NCBI GenBank assembly: GCA_965208835.1
Contig: OZ242358.1
Span: 3,168,001 to 3,232,000, forward strand
Length of the DNA stretch: 64,000 bases
Reading direction: 5' to 3'
Origin: Candidatus Latescibacterota bacterium
GTDB lineage: Bacteria; Latescibacterota; UBA2968; GCA-2709665
Shown: piece by piece, positions 1 through 9,377 of the stretch
Layout of the letters: each line of letters opens with the position of its first letter
How positions within the stretch are numbered: position 1 is the first letter of the stretch
Made by a program: the position numbers and the translations under genes
Notes under the pieces: model-generated
Databases searched by the model: none
What the model was told of the DNA's origin: nothing
The model's input: the letters and a program-made list of their open reading frames with translations, nothing else

Positions 1-596
1 ACGTCGCCGGCCCTGGCGGGAACCGAAACGGCATCCTGAAGCCGGTACCGGTCCGTGGGCAGGTGGGGCGCGGTACCCGCGCCCGTGATATGCTCCAGCT
101 TTCCGAGCCGGTGCGATCCCTTGAGGAACTTGATGCAGCCGCTGGTTTCGTCGGCGTCGTCCAGGTGTACCAGGCAATCCGTGTATCTTCCGTCTTCGTG
201 CGGGAAAAACGGCAAGTCCTGGTGCATGGGAAACGGCGCCCCCTTGTCCGGCGGCTTCGCGTGCAGTGTGACATGATGCAGTTCAACGGCATCCGATCCC
301 AGGAGGTCGCCGACCGCGGCGCCCAGGTCGCGTTTCGTGATGGCGCGGGACCAGGCCGCGGAATAGTGCTGCAACTCATGGATGGCCACCAGCGTTGCCA
401 CCTCGTCCTCCTCTTCGTCCATATACTCCTTCCGCCAGGGCCCTTTCCAGGCGGAGTCCCAGTTCGCGAACTCCTCCATGATGTAATCCAGCTCATCGCC
501 CATCTCCCGGACTTCCCCGGGAGAGAACATGCCTTTGAGGCGGATGTATCCGTTTTCGCGAAAAAAGGCGACCTGCGCTTCGCTCAGCGTTTCCAT
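1..596 (-). CDS. Phytanoyl-CoA dioxygenase (PhyH) family Fe/2OG dioxygenase, 3' end runs off the window
   Basis: Not in the ORF track. Manual translation from ATG at 596 gives METLSEAQVAFFRENGYIRLKG...AKPPDKGAPFPMHQD...HLDDADETSGCIKFLKGSH, with the HxD and GSH motifs. Confidence 0.88.
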   Translation of the reverse strand, partial: METLSEAQVAFFRENGYIRLKGMFSPGEVREMGDELDYIMEEFANWDSAWKGPWRKEYMDEEEDEVATLVAIHELQHYSAAWSRAITKRDLGAAVGDLLGSDAVELHHVTLHAKPPDKGAPFPMHQDLPFFPHEDGRYTDCLVHLDDADETSGCIKFLKGSHRLGKLEHITGAGTAPHLPTDRYRLQDAVSVPARAGD

Positions 597-632
597 ATCA
601 GGAAATCTCCCATTTGTAACCGCGCGCCTCGT

Positions 633-1013
633 CTATCTGCCGCCGATCACGATGAGGAACGCGCTGTCTTCGACGGCCTCCACCGCGTGAAGGACGTCTG
701 CAGTGAACGAAACCGCCGATCCGGGTTCCAGGGGCATTTTCTCATGACCGCCCGACATCCGGATGTTCCCGCTCAGCGGAATCACGGTCGCCGGGCCCGG
801 GGCACGGTGTTCGTGCAAAGCCGTCCCCGCCCTTATTACGGTAAGGACCACGGTCATCTCATCCCCACGAACCAGCGTCAGCGCGTTCCGGCCCGATTCG
901 GCAAACGCGTTTTCGTCCATGAGCTGTCCGGCCATGGCCTTCAGCGGAAAGGACTCGATCCACGAATTGTCGATGTTCAAGGGTCTGTAGGGTCGCTCAA
1001 AAGCCTTTTCCAT
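633..1013 (-). CDS. Cupin domain protein
   Basis: 126 aa; LHEHRAPG...LSG...LEPG...LHAVEA cupin motifs. Confidence 0.8.
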   Translation of the reverse strand: MEKAFERPYRPLNIDNSWIESFPLKAMAGQLMDENAFAESGRNALTLVRGDEMTVVLTVIRAGTALHEHRAPGPATVIPLSGNIRMSGGHEKMPLEPGSAVSFTADVLHAVEAVEDSAFLIVIGGR

Positions 1014-1089
1014 TGCGTGAGCTCCTCATCGAAGCTGCAAGTATAAAAACCGGGTTTTCGTGTGCCCGCATCCCGGTATGAATAGCGGA

Positions 1090-2589
1090 CTATGGCGCCG
1101 TTGTCGTGCTCTCGTTAAACCAGCCCTTCAGGCTCGGATACAGGCCGCGGTACCGCTCAAACTGCTTCTCGTAACGGATCGCGCGCTTGCCGCCGCACCG
1201 GACGGCTTCGCCCAGACCCACCGAGCGTTCGCAGGCTGTTTCAAAATCGGGAAATACGCCCACGCCAACGCCGGCGATCAGGGCCGCGCCCAGCGCCGAC
1301 GCATCCTGCACTTCCAGGACCCGAGCGTCGCGTCCGAACACGTCGACCTGGATCTGACGCCATAGGGCGGACCTCGCGCCACCCTCGCCTATTCGCAGGT
1401 CCTCGACTGGCAGCCCGATGTCCTCGAAACACTCCAGGGATCGTCTCAGGTCGAACGCCACGCCCTCCATCAGCGAGCGGACCAGGTGCGCTTTCGTATG
1501 GCGCAGGGTCAGCCCGATCCATCCGCCCCGTGCGCGCGCATCAGGGTGGGGCGTTGCCACCCCCTCCAGCCAGGGAAGAAAGAACAGCCCTTCGCTGCCC
1601 GCGGGCGCATCTTCCGCCTGTCGGGTCAGAGAAGCGACGTCTTCTCCCATCTGTCGACTCAACCACGCCAGACTCGCCCCGCACGTATATGAACACCCCA
1701 GCCAGAAGAATGCGCCCGGAACCGAATGACACATCGGCCAGAGTCTGTTATAAGCCGCGGGATCCAATCTCTCAGCAAACGCGAGCGCGTGCCCCGCCGT
1801 GCCGATGCCCACGTTTACGACGCCCGGACTGATAACCCCGCTGCCCACCGCGAGACAGGCAACATCGCCGCCGCCGGCGCAGACGGGTGTGTTCGCTGCC
1901 AGCCCCATCTCACGGGAAGCCGCGCCGGTCAACGCCCCGATCACCTCCGGAGACTCCGAGATATCGGGAAAAAGATCGCGGCGCACCTCCAGCGCGTCAA
2001 GTATCTCACCGCTCCAATCCCTCGCCCGGACATCCGCGGCAGCGGATACCGATGCGTCCGATACGTCAGTACCGAACGTACCCGTCATCCGGAATCGCAC
2101 CCAGTCCTTCGGGATCAGCACATACCGCGCATTTTCGTAAACTTCCCCCTCGTGAGCGCGGACCCACAACACCTTGGCCAGCGTGTTGATGGGATTCATC
2201 ACGTGCATGGCCCGGGTTCGCAGCAAGTCCCCCACGTGCGCGTTCGCCGTGTCGCATTCGGCCTGCGAACGACGGTCGAGCCAGAGAATGGGCGCCCGCA
2301 GCGGGTTGCCGGCGCCGTCCACGAAAACGGCCCCGTTCATATGTCCGGACAGCGAAACACCCCGGATTTCATCCACGGACCGTCCCTGCGCCCACAGTTC
2401 ACCCGCAACCGCCCGGGTTGTCCTGCAGATTGCCGTCCACCAGTCGCCCGCGTCCTGCTCCACCCATCCCGGGTGCGGCGTCTGCATTTCGTAACTCGCA
2501 CTGGCAGTTGCTAATACGTCGCCGCTTTCATCCAGTACAATCGTCTTCGTGCTGGACGTCCCCAGGTCAATTCCGATTACCAGTGGCAT
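1090..2589 (-). CDS. FGGY-family carbohydrate kinase (xylulokinase-like)
   Basis: IGIDLGTSSTK, WVEQD, SGHMNG, LWLDRR, GGGD, EGVAF, ALGAA motifs. Likely start is ATG at 2589. Confidence 0.88.
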   Translation of the reverse strand: MPLVIGIDLGTSSTKTIVLDESGDVLATASASYEMQTPHPGWVEQDAGDWWTAICRTTRAVAGELWAQGRSVDEIRGVSLSGHMNGAVFVDGAGNPLRAPILWLDRRSQAECDTANAHVGDLLRTRAMHVMNPINTLAKVLWVRAHEGEVYENARYVLIPKDWVRFRMTGTFGTDVSDASVSAAADVRARDWSGEILDALEVRRDLFPDISESPEVIGALTGAASREMGLAANTPVCAGGGDVACLAVGSGVISPGVVNVGIGTAGHALAFAERLDPAAYNRLWPMCHSVPGAFFWLGCSYTCGASLAWLSRQMGEDVASLTRQAEDAPAGSEGLFFLPWLEGVATPHPDARARGGWIGLTLRHTKAHLVRSLMEGVAFDLRRSLECFEDIGLPVEDLRIGEGGARSALWRQIQVDVFGRDARVLEVQDASALGAALIAGVGVGVFPDFETACERSVGLGEAVRCGGKRAIRYEKQFERYRGLYPSLKGWFNESTTTAP

Positions 2590-2616
2590 AACCCGGACCG
2601 ATCGCAAATGGTGGCG

Positions 2617-3540
2617 TCATTCCCCGGCCAGAAAACGCCGCGGGTTGTTCTCCAGCAGGTCCTGGATCGCGGCGTCGGATACGCCCTCTTCCCGAAGCCG
2701 GGGCACGAACCGGGTCAGCACGAAGTCGAGGCCGGGACCGCCACCGTAACTTCGCCAGTAACTCGGCCGTCCCAGATCGTTGCCCAGCAGAATGCGGTCG
2801 CCCAGTCCGGCGTCGATCATCCGCTTCAGCACGTCAATGCGCATTTCGTCCGGTCCGTACTTCACTTTGCCCGGGCAGTCGTAACCCAGATAGGCGCCGG
2901 TTTCGGCAATTCGCCTGTGCTCCCAGAAATCCGGATTCCGGTCCATGTGGCTCAGGCATACCCGGCCCGGCGGTACGCCCTGCGCGTCAAGGAGCGAAAC
3001 CTGGTCGTAGCCCATCGTACCGGCTTCCGTGTGGGTCATCACGGGAACGCCCGTTTCCACGTGCACCTTCGCCGCGATGCGCATGAGCTTCCTGTCGGCC
3101 TCCTGAAACGTATTGTATCCGCTGCCTCCCTTGACGATGCCGGCCTTCACGCCGGTGCCGTCGATGCCTGTCTCGATATCCCGGATGCAATTCCGGACCA
3201 TTGCGTCTTCATCCTGGTTCAGGATCGCGCGGTCACAGAAATAGGGCTTGTTGTATCCCGTGATGACAACCACGTGCACGTCAGGTACCAGATCAGCTAT
3301 CCTGACCACCTGCCGGACATTCCGGCCGAAGTCGATCGCAGACATCTCAATCAGGGTCCTGCCGCCCGCGCGCGCCCAGGATCGAAGCTCCTCGGCGGAC
3401 CGCTCCACGCTGTTCAGCCGGAAATCCCGATCTTCTCTCAGCAGCCAGTCAGGGGCGTCGAAATAGAGGTGCTCGTGGTAATCCACAACGCCCAGGTCTT
3501 CTCCGTCGATCACGCCCCGAACCGTCATCACCGTTCCCAT
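2617..3540 (-). CDS. Phosphotriesterase-homology protein (amidohydrolase superfamily)
   Basis: TVRG, DYHEHL (HxH), GIVK, THTEAG, SHMD, GND, NPRR metal-ligand pattern. Confidence 0.88.
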   Translation of the reverse strand: MGTVMTVRGVIDGEDLGVVDYHEHLYFDAPDWLLREDRDFRLNSVERSAEELRSWARAGGRTLIEMSAIDFGRNVRQVVRIADLVPDVHVVVITGYNKPYFCDRAILNQDEDAMVRNCIRDIETGIDGTGVKAGIVKGGSGYNTFQEADRKLMRIAAKVHVETGVPVMTHTEAGTMGYDQVSLLDAQGVPPGRVCLSHMDRNPDFWEHRRIAETGAYLGYDCPGKVKYGPDEMRIDVLKRMIDAGLGDRILLGNDLGRPSYWRSYGGGPGLDFVLTRFVPRLREEGVSDAAIQDLLENNPRRFLAGE

Positions 3541-3552
3541 CCCGCCCCCTTA

Positions 3553-3713
3553 GAAGCTGTCTTAAAACCCCCGGCGGTCTTCACACGGCTGCAAAAGCGT
3601 CGGTCTGCGTTGGTCAAAACCACCCGTATACCCAAATATGGGCGGCTTTGCCCGCCTTGACCGACACATTTTCGCGCGCGCTCGGGACTCACCAGGAATT
3701 TTAAGACAACTTC
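3553..3713. mobile_element. MITE-like element family A, copy 1 (161 bp)
   Basis: Terminal inverted repeats GAAGCTGTCTTAAAA / TTTTAAGACAACTTC, flanked by TTA on both sides (3550-3552, 3714-3716). Homologous to 17661-17848 and 58425-58586. Confidence 0.85.
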
Positions 3714-4463
3714 TTACCCGTCATCCGGCACGGACAGGAATTCCGTCCACACCCGCGCCATGCGCGCCACGCACGCGTGAAACCAGCGCTCGCCCTTTTC
3801 GGCGGAAGCGACCGTGGCATCGCCGAACACCCCCGATCGGGACAGGCTGCCCAGGGGCAGCGTGGACATCTCGTAATCGGTAGACCGCGGCGGGTACTCC
3901 CGTACGGCCCTGTCCATCCTGACCTGGTCGGGCTTCAGGTAGAGCATCAATGAAGTTTCGAACTCCTCAGCGTGAAAGTTCATCGGCGCCCATTGCGGCG
4001 ACTCCGCATCGGCCATAACTTCATCCAGGCCAGGATAGAAGACATTCAATACCCTCAGGTCCAACTCGTCGACGAGTTCCCTGGCGGTCATCTTCAGCGG
4101 CCCCGGGTTCGCGCCGTGTCCCGATAGCGTCATCAGTGCGCGACATCCACCCCGGTGCACGCTGCGCGCCAGGTCCTTCACGACCTCGCGAAATGTGTCG
4201 AACGAGAACGTGAGCGTGCCCGGATAGTCGCGCCAGCTCCAGGAGTACCCCACCTGGACCGAAGGCAGAAGGAGGCCGAAACTCTGTTTCGCGACCTCTG
4301 TAGCCAGCGCCTCCGCGAGCACGGTATCCGTGTTCTGCGGCAGGTGAGGGCCGTGTTGTTCGGTTGCGCCCAGCGGGAGGATTGCAGCGGGCGTATCCGC
4401 CAGGAAGTCCCTGCACGCCGGCCAGGTTGCCGTTGCCGCGTCGAGCCAGTTGGACTTGCTCAC
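3714..4463 (-). CDS. Creatininase / creatinine amidohydrolase family protein
   Basis: PLGATEQHGPHLPQNTD, GHGAN, HAEEFETS, GVFGD, AEKGE motifs. Confidence 0.9.
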   Translation of the reverse strand: MSKSNWLDAATATWPACRDFLADTPAAILPLGATEQHGPHLPQNTDTVLAEALATEVAKQSFGLLLPSVQVGYSWSWRDYPGTLTFSFDTFREVVKDLARSVHRGGCRALMTLSGHGANPGPLKMTARELVDELDLRVLNVFYPGLDEVMADAESPQWAPMNFHAEEFETSLMLYLKPDQVRMDRAVREYPPRSTDYEMSTLPLGSLSRSGVFGDATVASAEKGERWFHACVARMARVWTEFLSVPDDG

Positions 4464-4501
4464 CCCTTGTCCTCCGGGACATCTTCAACGTACAGCATCA
4501 G

Positions 4502-4531
4502 ATTATACCTGACCACTCTATCAGGAGGCAA
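4502..4531 (-). promoter_or_regulatory. Putative sigma70 promoter with an inverted repeat in the spacer
   Basis: Minus strand TTGCCT-N18-TATAAT. The spacer CCTGATAGAGTGGTCAGG is an imperfect palindrome. Lies about 40 bp upstream of the creatininase start. Confidence 0.55.
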
Positions 4532-4554
4532 ACTTGAGAGGATTGCCGAAGAGC

Positions 4555-4722
4555 GGGGAGACGTGAGACGGTAGACCAAAAGCGGGTAGACGGGAGCCGG
4601 GAGACGGTAGAAGAAATACTCGCCCGGTGGGTTTTTCCTCATTGCCTTTGGCACGAATAGAATCCTCACAAGGCAGGTAATCTCTCCCCACTCCCGTCTT
4701 CCTTCTCACCAGATGGTGGGCC
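4555..4722 (+). repeat. Long-hairpin intergenic repeat family B, copy 1
   Basis: GGGAGAC/GGTAGAC purine tract, then core CGCCCGGTGGGTTTTTCCTCATTGCCTTTGGCACGAATAGAATCCTCACAAGGCAGG, then a pyrimidine tract. Similar to 39415-39640, 49399-49503 and 50280-50500. Confidence 0.7.
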
Positions 4723-4861
4723 GTGGTGTGGTCCTCTCCCCTCTTCCATCTCCCCTTTCCCCTCTCTTGAAGCGGCCGGGGGAGAGGCGGCCAAAAAGGC
4801 GATGAGACGAAAGTAGAGGTTAGAGATGACCCGCATCGTGGGGTATCAATTTATACCGGAG

Positions 4862-4916
4862 GCGTAGAAGAGAAAAGGATCGGCAAGGATCTCTTCTCCC
4901 GTCTACCCTCTCCCCT
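4862..4916 (-). repeat. Partial copy of repeat family B directly after the DUF1445 stop codon
   Basis: Minus strand AGGGGAGAGGGTAGACGGGAGAAGAGATCCTTGCCGATC matches the start of the copy at 49503. Confidence 0.55.
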
Positions 4917-5696
4917 CTACCCTTCATACAGACTCTCGGTCGGAATATCCGTAATCAGCGCGTGGCCGGGCGTGTAGGAAAGGGCGAATGGCAGCCGGGC
5001 CCGCTGTGCCGCCAGGCTGGGCGTCACCCCGCAGGCCCAGTAGAGGCGGTCGGTGCCCTGCGGAACCTCTATCGGATTCCCTGAAATCGTCGCATTCAGG
5101 TCCGGAATACCCAGTTCCCGGCCGTTATTCCTGCCAAGAGGCGCCCCATGGCACGCCGGAAAATGACTTGTGTATTCCCATACGGCGTCGCAACGATCGG
5201 GGAGAAAGCTCCGCATCGTTACCGCCATTTTGCTCCGAAACCTTCCCGCCGGTTCGCAGTCCAGGTCGGTCAGCTGAATACACGGGCCGAACGCGGGTTC
5301 GTATCCCTTTTCGACGAGGAGGCCGTCGAATGACACGCTTGAACCGATCAGAAACGTGACCATGTCGTCTGAATAGAGGGAAACCACGTCCCGTCGCTGC
5401 TCGACAACCACGCCCTCCCGGATCACGTCGTACGAACCCAGGTCGGTGCGAATGTCGAGCCCGCGCGCAAATTCCGGACAATCCGTCCGGCCCGCGGGCA
5501 TCACGGCCAGCAGCGGACACGGCTTCGGGTTCGCCCTGCAGAATCCCTCAAACTCCGCGGCGAACGCCTCGTCCATCATAACCACATTCACGCACAGGTA
5601 CCCCGATAGCGCGCGCGATGCCACCGTCTTCAGCGCATTGCGGCGGCACGCGAGCCGCACCTCCTGGGGTGATCGAAACGCCTCGGGTTCAGCCAA
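4917..5696 (-). CDS. DUF1445 / D-glutamate cyclase-like protein
   Basis: FCRANPKPCPLL, DIRTD, FLIGSSVSFD, VTMR, HGAP, WACGVTP, PGH-LITD pattern typical of DUF1445. Confidence 0.82.
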   Translation of the reverse strand: MAEPEAFRSPQEVRLACRRNALKTVASRALSGYLCVNVVMMDEAFAAEFEGFCRANPKPCPLLAVMPAGRTDCPEFARGLDIRTDLGSYDVIREGVVVEQRRDVVSLYSDDMVTFLIGSSVSFDGLLVEKGYEPAFGPCIQLTDLDCEPAGRFRSKMAVTMRSFLPDRCDAVWEYTSHFPACHGAPLGRNNGRELGIPDLNATISGNPIEVPQGTDRLYWACGVTPSLAAQRARLPFALSYTPGHALITDIPTESLYEG

Positions 5697-5780
5697 CGCA
5701 CTCCCCCTGTCAGCCCGTTGAAAAAGCCCATCCGGTCGACGGCCCGCTCCCGCCTGCAGATCGACGCTTCCGACGGACGG

Positions 5781-7064
5781 CTATAAAAGCTGTTGATGTT
5801 GAAGCACGACCTTCCTGAACGCCGCCGCGAACTGATCGATGAACGCGTCCGCGGCCTGGATATGCCCCGGATAGGACAACACCCGCCCGCGGATGGCTTC
5901 CGAAACCGGCAAATCTCCCTCGCGATAGCGGGGCAGAGGCACATTTGCCGGTCCGTCGTGACCCGCTCCCCAGAGTCCGGGAAGATCCTTTGTATAGATG
6001 GACCGAAGATGTTCCATGTGGCCCACGCCCGGGCCGTTCAGGGGCGCGCCCTCGGCCCTCATAGCCGCCACGAACCGGGCCGCGGGCAATCCGCCCAGCG
6101 CTTCCGGCTCGTAGATGAACTTGATCCCTCCGTAGAGTTCCACACCCCTGGCTTTCCTGTAGTTGCAGACAGGCCGGATTCCCGGCAGTCCCTCGATCTT
6201 TCGAAACAGGGACTCCCGGTTGGCTTCAAACCGGTCCATCCGATCGGGTAGGTGCTCAAGGGAGACCAGGCCGATTGCCATGGCCAGTGGATGCGGCCGC
6301 CATTTCCATCCCAGAAGCTGCGGTTCCAGCTCGCGGTAAACCGGGTTCGTGAGCTCCTGCACCGCGCCCGGCCGGTGCAGGTGGCAGTAAATCAACGCGC
6401 GCTCGTACAACTCGCGGTCGTTCGTCGCCACGATGCCCGCCTCGCCGCCCGCTACCGGCTTGCCCCCGGGGGTGGAACCCTGCATACTGAAGCACGCGAT
6501 ATGCCCCAGATTGCCGATTTTCACCCCGTCCCACTCGCTGCCGTGCGCGTGAGCCGCGTCTTCCACGACCACCAGTCCGCGGTCTTCAGCCAGGGCCAGC
6601 AGCCGGTCCATATCGCACACCCGGCCGCAGGAGTGGATCGGCGAGAGCACACGGGTCCGGTCCGTGATCCGCTGCGCCGCGTCGTCCGGGTCCATCAACA
6701 GCGTCTCCGGATCGATCTCGCAGAACACGGGTGTCGCGCCCATATGCAGCGCGCCCGCGTAGCTGCCAATATAACCGACTGACGTTGTGATGAATTCATC
6801 GCCAGCGCCCAGACCCGCCGCGAAGAATCCACTGGCGAGTGCCGTATGCCCGTGGCTGGTCGTGAGAACGTACTTGCAACCGACGTACTCCGCGAACCGT
6901 TCCTCGAATTCCTTCGGAACCCCCGATCCCGATCCGGAGAGATAACCCTCGTCGATCAGGGCGCAGACCGCGGCTTTTTCCGCCTCCACGGGTCGACGCC
7001 ACTGCTCCCCACTATCGGCCGTAATCGCTTTTTCGCCACCAAGAATCGCGAGTTCCCCGGTCAT
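5781..7064 (-). CDS. DegT/DnrJ/EryC1/StrS-family PLP aminotransferase
   Basis: FEERFAEYVG, GATPVFCEID, VEDAAHAHG, FSMQ...K...GEAG. The start MTGELAILGG has an AGGAG RBS. Confidence 0.88.
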   Translation of the reverse strand: MTGELAILGGEKAITADSGEQWRRPVEAEKAAVCALIDEGYLSGSGSGVPKEFEERFAEYVGCKYVLTTSHGHTALASGFFAAGLGAGDEFITTSVGYIGSYAGALHMGATPVFCEIDPETLLMDPDDAAQRITDRTRVLSPIHSCGRVCDMDRLLALAEDRGLVVVEDAAHAHGSEWDGVKIGNLGHIACFSMQGSTPGGKPVAGGEAGIVATNDRELYERALIYCHLHRPGAVQELTNPVYRELEPQLLGWKWRPHPLAMAIGLVSLEHLPDRMDRFEANRESLFRKIEGLPGIRPVCNYRKARGVELYGGIKFIYEPEALGGLPAARFVAAMRAEGAPLNGPGVGHMEHLRSIYTKDLPGLWGAGHDGPANVPLPRYREGDLPVSEAIRGRVLSYPGHIQAADAFIDQFAAAFRKVVLQHQQLL

Positions 7065-7164
7065 CTTCGATCTCCTCAGATTGCGAACCCCGCGCCGAAG
7101 CTCGCTTCGGGCGGGGCCCTTTCTCCACCGATGCGCCCGGACGACGGTTTCAGGCGACTGTACG

Positions 7165-8019
7165 CTACGGCGCGACGGCCTCCTCGCCAACGTGTTCCCG
7201 GATCCAGCCCTTGAGCGGCACGTCCGCGTCCGTCGGCGACGTATATCCCATCCCCCCGGTACTTTCGCCGAGCAACTGCCGCTGAACCGGATCACATCGC
7301 TCCATGCAATGGTCAACCGTCATATTGTCCCGGGGCCTGAGCCAGCGGTAACTGTACCCGTAGAACAGCACTTTCCGCGTCAACTCCGAATGATTCCTCC
7401 CGGCCGCGTGCCAGAGGCGGCGATCGAAGAACACCGCCGTGCCCGCCGCAGCCAGAACGGGGGTCATTTCGGGCGGGTCGGACGCGCCGTCGTCCGGAAA
7501 GTCAAGCCGGTTTTTCAGGTGGCTTCCGGGAACAATGTGGAAATTTCCGCGGTCCGGCTCCGTCGTATCGGACAGAAAATAGGCGACCTTGAGGGAGACC
7601 CGCGGCCGGGGCGTGGCGTCCAGTTCGATATTCAGGCGCCCGCTGTCCTGGTGCAGACCCAATCGCCCGCTATATCTGCGTTTGTCCGCCGGTTCCGGCG
7701 GGGTGACAATCAGATGGGAGTGGTAAAGCTGGATATTCCACCCGAGAATTCCCCATACCTTGGCGAACGTGACCGGCCAGTCCAGCAATGCCAGAAACTC
7801 GTCGTCGAGCCCCACGAAGTCCGTCAGATTCATGCGTTCGCCGGGACCCAGTCCGTTTTCGGCAAGATAGGTCTCGTACACCCTGTCGACCACGCGGTTC
7901 AACGTGGAGACCCGCTCGGGCGGAATCGCATCTTCGATCATCAAGAACCCGTCGCGCTCGAACTTCGACTTCTCCTCGCTGGTGAGACGGTAATCCAGAC
8001 TTTCGGTATCCATCGTCAT
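7165..8019 (-). CDS. PhyH-family Fe/2OG dioxygenase
   Basis: FERDGFL, LHQDSG, VPGSH, AGTAVFFD-RLWH, R-VLF motifs. Confidence 0.88.
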   Translation of the reverse strand: MTMDTESLDYRLTSEEKSKFERDGFLMIEDAIPPERVSTLNRVVDRVYETYLAENGLGPGERMNLTDFVGLDDEFLALLDWPVTFAKVWGILGWNIQLYHSHLIVTPPEPADKRRYSGRLGLHQDSGRLNIELDATPRPRVSLKVAYFLSDTTEPDRGNFHIVPGSHLKNRLDFPDDGASDPPEMTPVLAAAGTAVFFDRRLWHAAGRNHSELTRKVLFYGYSYRWLRPRDNMTVDHCMERCDPVQRQLLGESTGGMGYTSPTDADVPLKGWIREHVGEEAVAP

Positions 8020-8068
8020 TCCTCCCGGGAGCCTATGTCCGTCAGCCGGACGAGGCTACCCCAGACCG

Positions 8069-9334
8069 TTAGAGCGTGGACCCCAACCCCATGGCGTGGG
8101 GGTTGTCTATTCGATGCATCCCGTCCACGGGCTCGAAAATACCCGCCAGGCGTGGCAGCCATTCGGCGTTGGCATCGGGCGTAAATTGAGGGGAGTTGAT
8201 TTCCACGCCGTTGACCATGGGCACGTGCGCCGCGAAGAGCGCGGCGTGGATTGCCGCGAATCCGGGATTGGTCAGATCCTGAAGCGCGAGACGCATCCCG
8301 TTTTCCCTCGCCCACGCGGCTGCCAGAAGTGCGAAGCTGTGTCCCTTGCAGGTCTTCAGGGCAAGACCGTTCCAACCCTGGCTCTTCGCTTCCGGTAACA
8401 ATTCCAGGCTGGTGAGGCCCTCGTCCAGAAACACCGGCTTGAGCCGGGTCACCGCCCGCCAGTCCTGCGGATGCAGCAGGATATCCCGGCCCGTGGGCTG
8501 TTCCAGGTACCTCAGCGCCCGAAAGGCCTCGCTGTCCTCGGCCCTGAGCCGCTCCAGGTAGTCCAGTACACTCTCTGCATCCGGATTGGCTTCATTGCTG
8601 TCCGCCGTCAACGCGGGGTCGTCTACGCCGTGCCCGCGAAGGGCGCGGTACACCTCGACGGTCCTGGCCGCGTCGGCAGCGTTGTCCTTCCCTAGAATCT
8701 TCAGCTTGAAGCCGCGATACCCGTGATCCCTGATGACTTGAGCGAGAGCCGTGCCCAGGTCGTCGGCGCTTCCCACGACCCACCAGGCACGCAGGCTCGG
8801 ATTGGGAGAATGAAACAGACGCTGAATCGCCGCGCATGCGCCGCCGCCCGAAAAGAGACCGTCCACGTCGGGGAACTGCGCGGCACCGGCGTAGAAGCGG
8901 AATGCGGAGCGTCCGGTCGCGATGCCGACCGCGTCGTGGATCGCGGCGTCGAACGGACTGGCGCACATCGCGCGTGCAAGGGCCGGAGGCGAAGATTCAC
9001 CGGCAACCGACTCGTGAAGCCTGAGGCCCAGTGCCAGCGGGTGCGCGGGCTCGCCGCCGCAGTGCGCGTACAGTCCGCGCGCAACGTCCTCACAGAAACC
9101 GCGCAGGGCCGCATCACGAGACTCATGTGTCAGCGAAGCATCCGGCCAGGCCCAGACGTCGCTGAGATAGATCGAACCCCTGCCCCTGCCTTCGCGCCCG
9201 GCCACGCGGACCGTGACCGCCGCACGGGCTTCGGTGAGCTCCGAAATCAGCCCGGAACTCAGGTGGAGCGGCGTCTTCAGTTTCCGGGGAATGAACGCGA
9301 TATCGGCGTCCAGGACCTCGGTGTTCAAGTCCAT
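8069..9334 (-). CDS. Enolase/mandelate racemase superfamily protein
   Basis: SPFDAAIHDA, FKLK, DSNE, YLEQP, LDE, ALKTCKG motifs. Likely start is MDLNTEV at 9334. Confidence 0.78.
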   Translation of the reverse strand: MDLNTEVLDADIAFIPRKLKTPLHLSSGLISELTEARAAVTVRVAGREGRGRGSIYLSDVWAWPDASLTHESRDAALRGFCEDVARGLYAHCGGEPAHPLALGLRLHESVAGESSPPALARAMCASPFDAAIHDAVGIATGRSAFRFYAGAAQFPDVDGLFSGGGACAAIQRLFHSPNPSLRAWWVVGSADDLGTALAQVIRDHGYRGFKLKILGKDNAADAARTVEVYRALRGHGVDDPALTADSNEANPDAESVLDYLERLRAEDSEAFRALRYLEQPTGRDILLHPQDWRAVTRLKPVFLDEGLTSLELLPEAKSQGWNGLALKTCKGHSFALLAAAWARENGMRLALQDLTNPGFAAIHAALFAAHVPMVNGVEINSPQFTPDANAEWLPRLAGIFEPVDGMHRIDNPHAMGLGSTL

Positions 9335-9377
9335 AGCAGACCCGTGTCCTGTCCCGGGACGGCGCGGGAGCCGTTTT

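Noticed and set aside
4460-4709. Small ORFs over repeats (4460-4669, 17615-17827, 39401-39622, 50186-50500)
   Set aside because: They are translations of the repeat or MITE sequence, not credible proteins.
7065-7316. N-terminal extensions in the ORF track (DegT to 7316, enolase-like to 9556, methyltransferase to 42697, FlaR-like to 47866, AadA-like to 58482)
   Set aside because: They overlap upstream genes or repeats. Downstream starts match the domain boundaries and, in some cases, an RBS.
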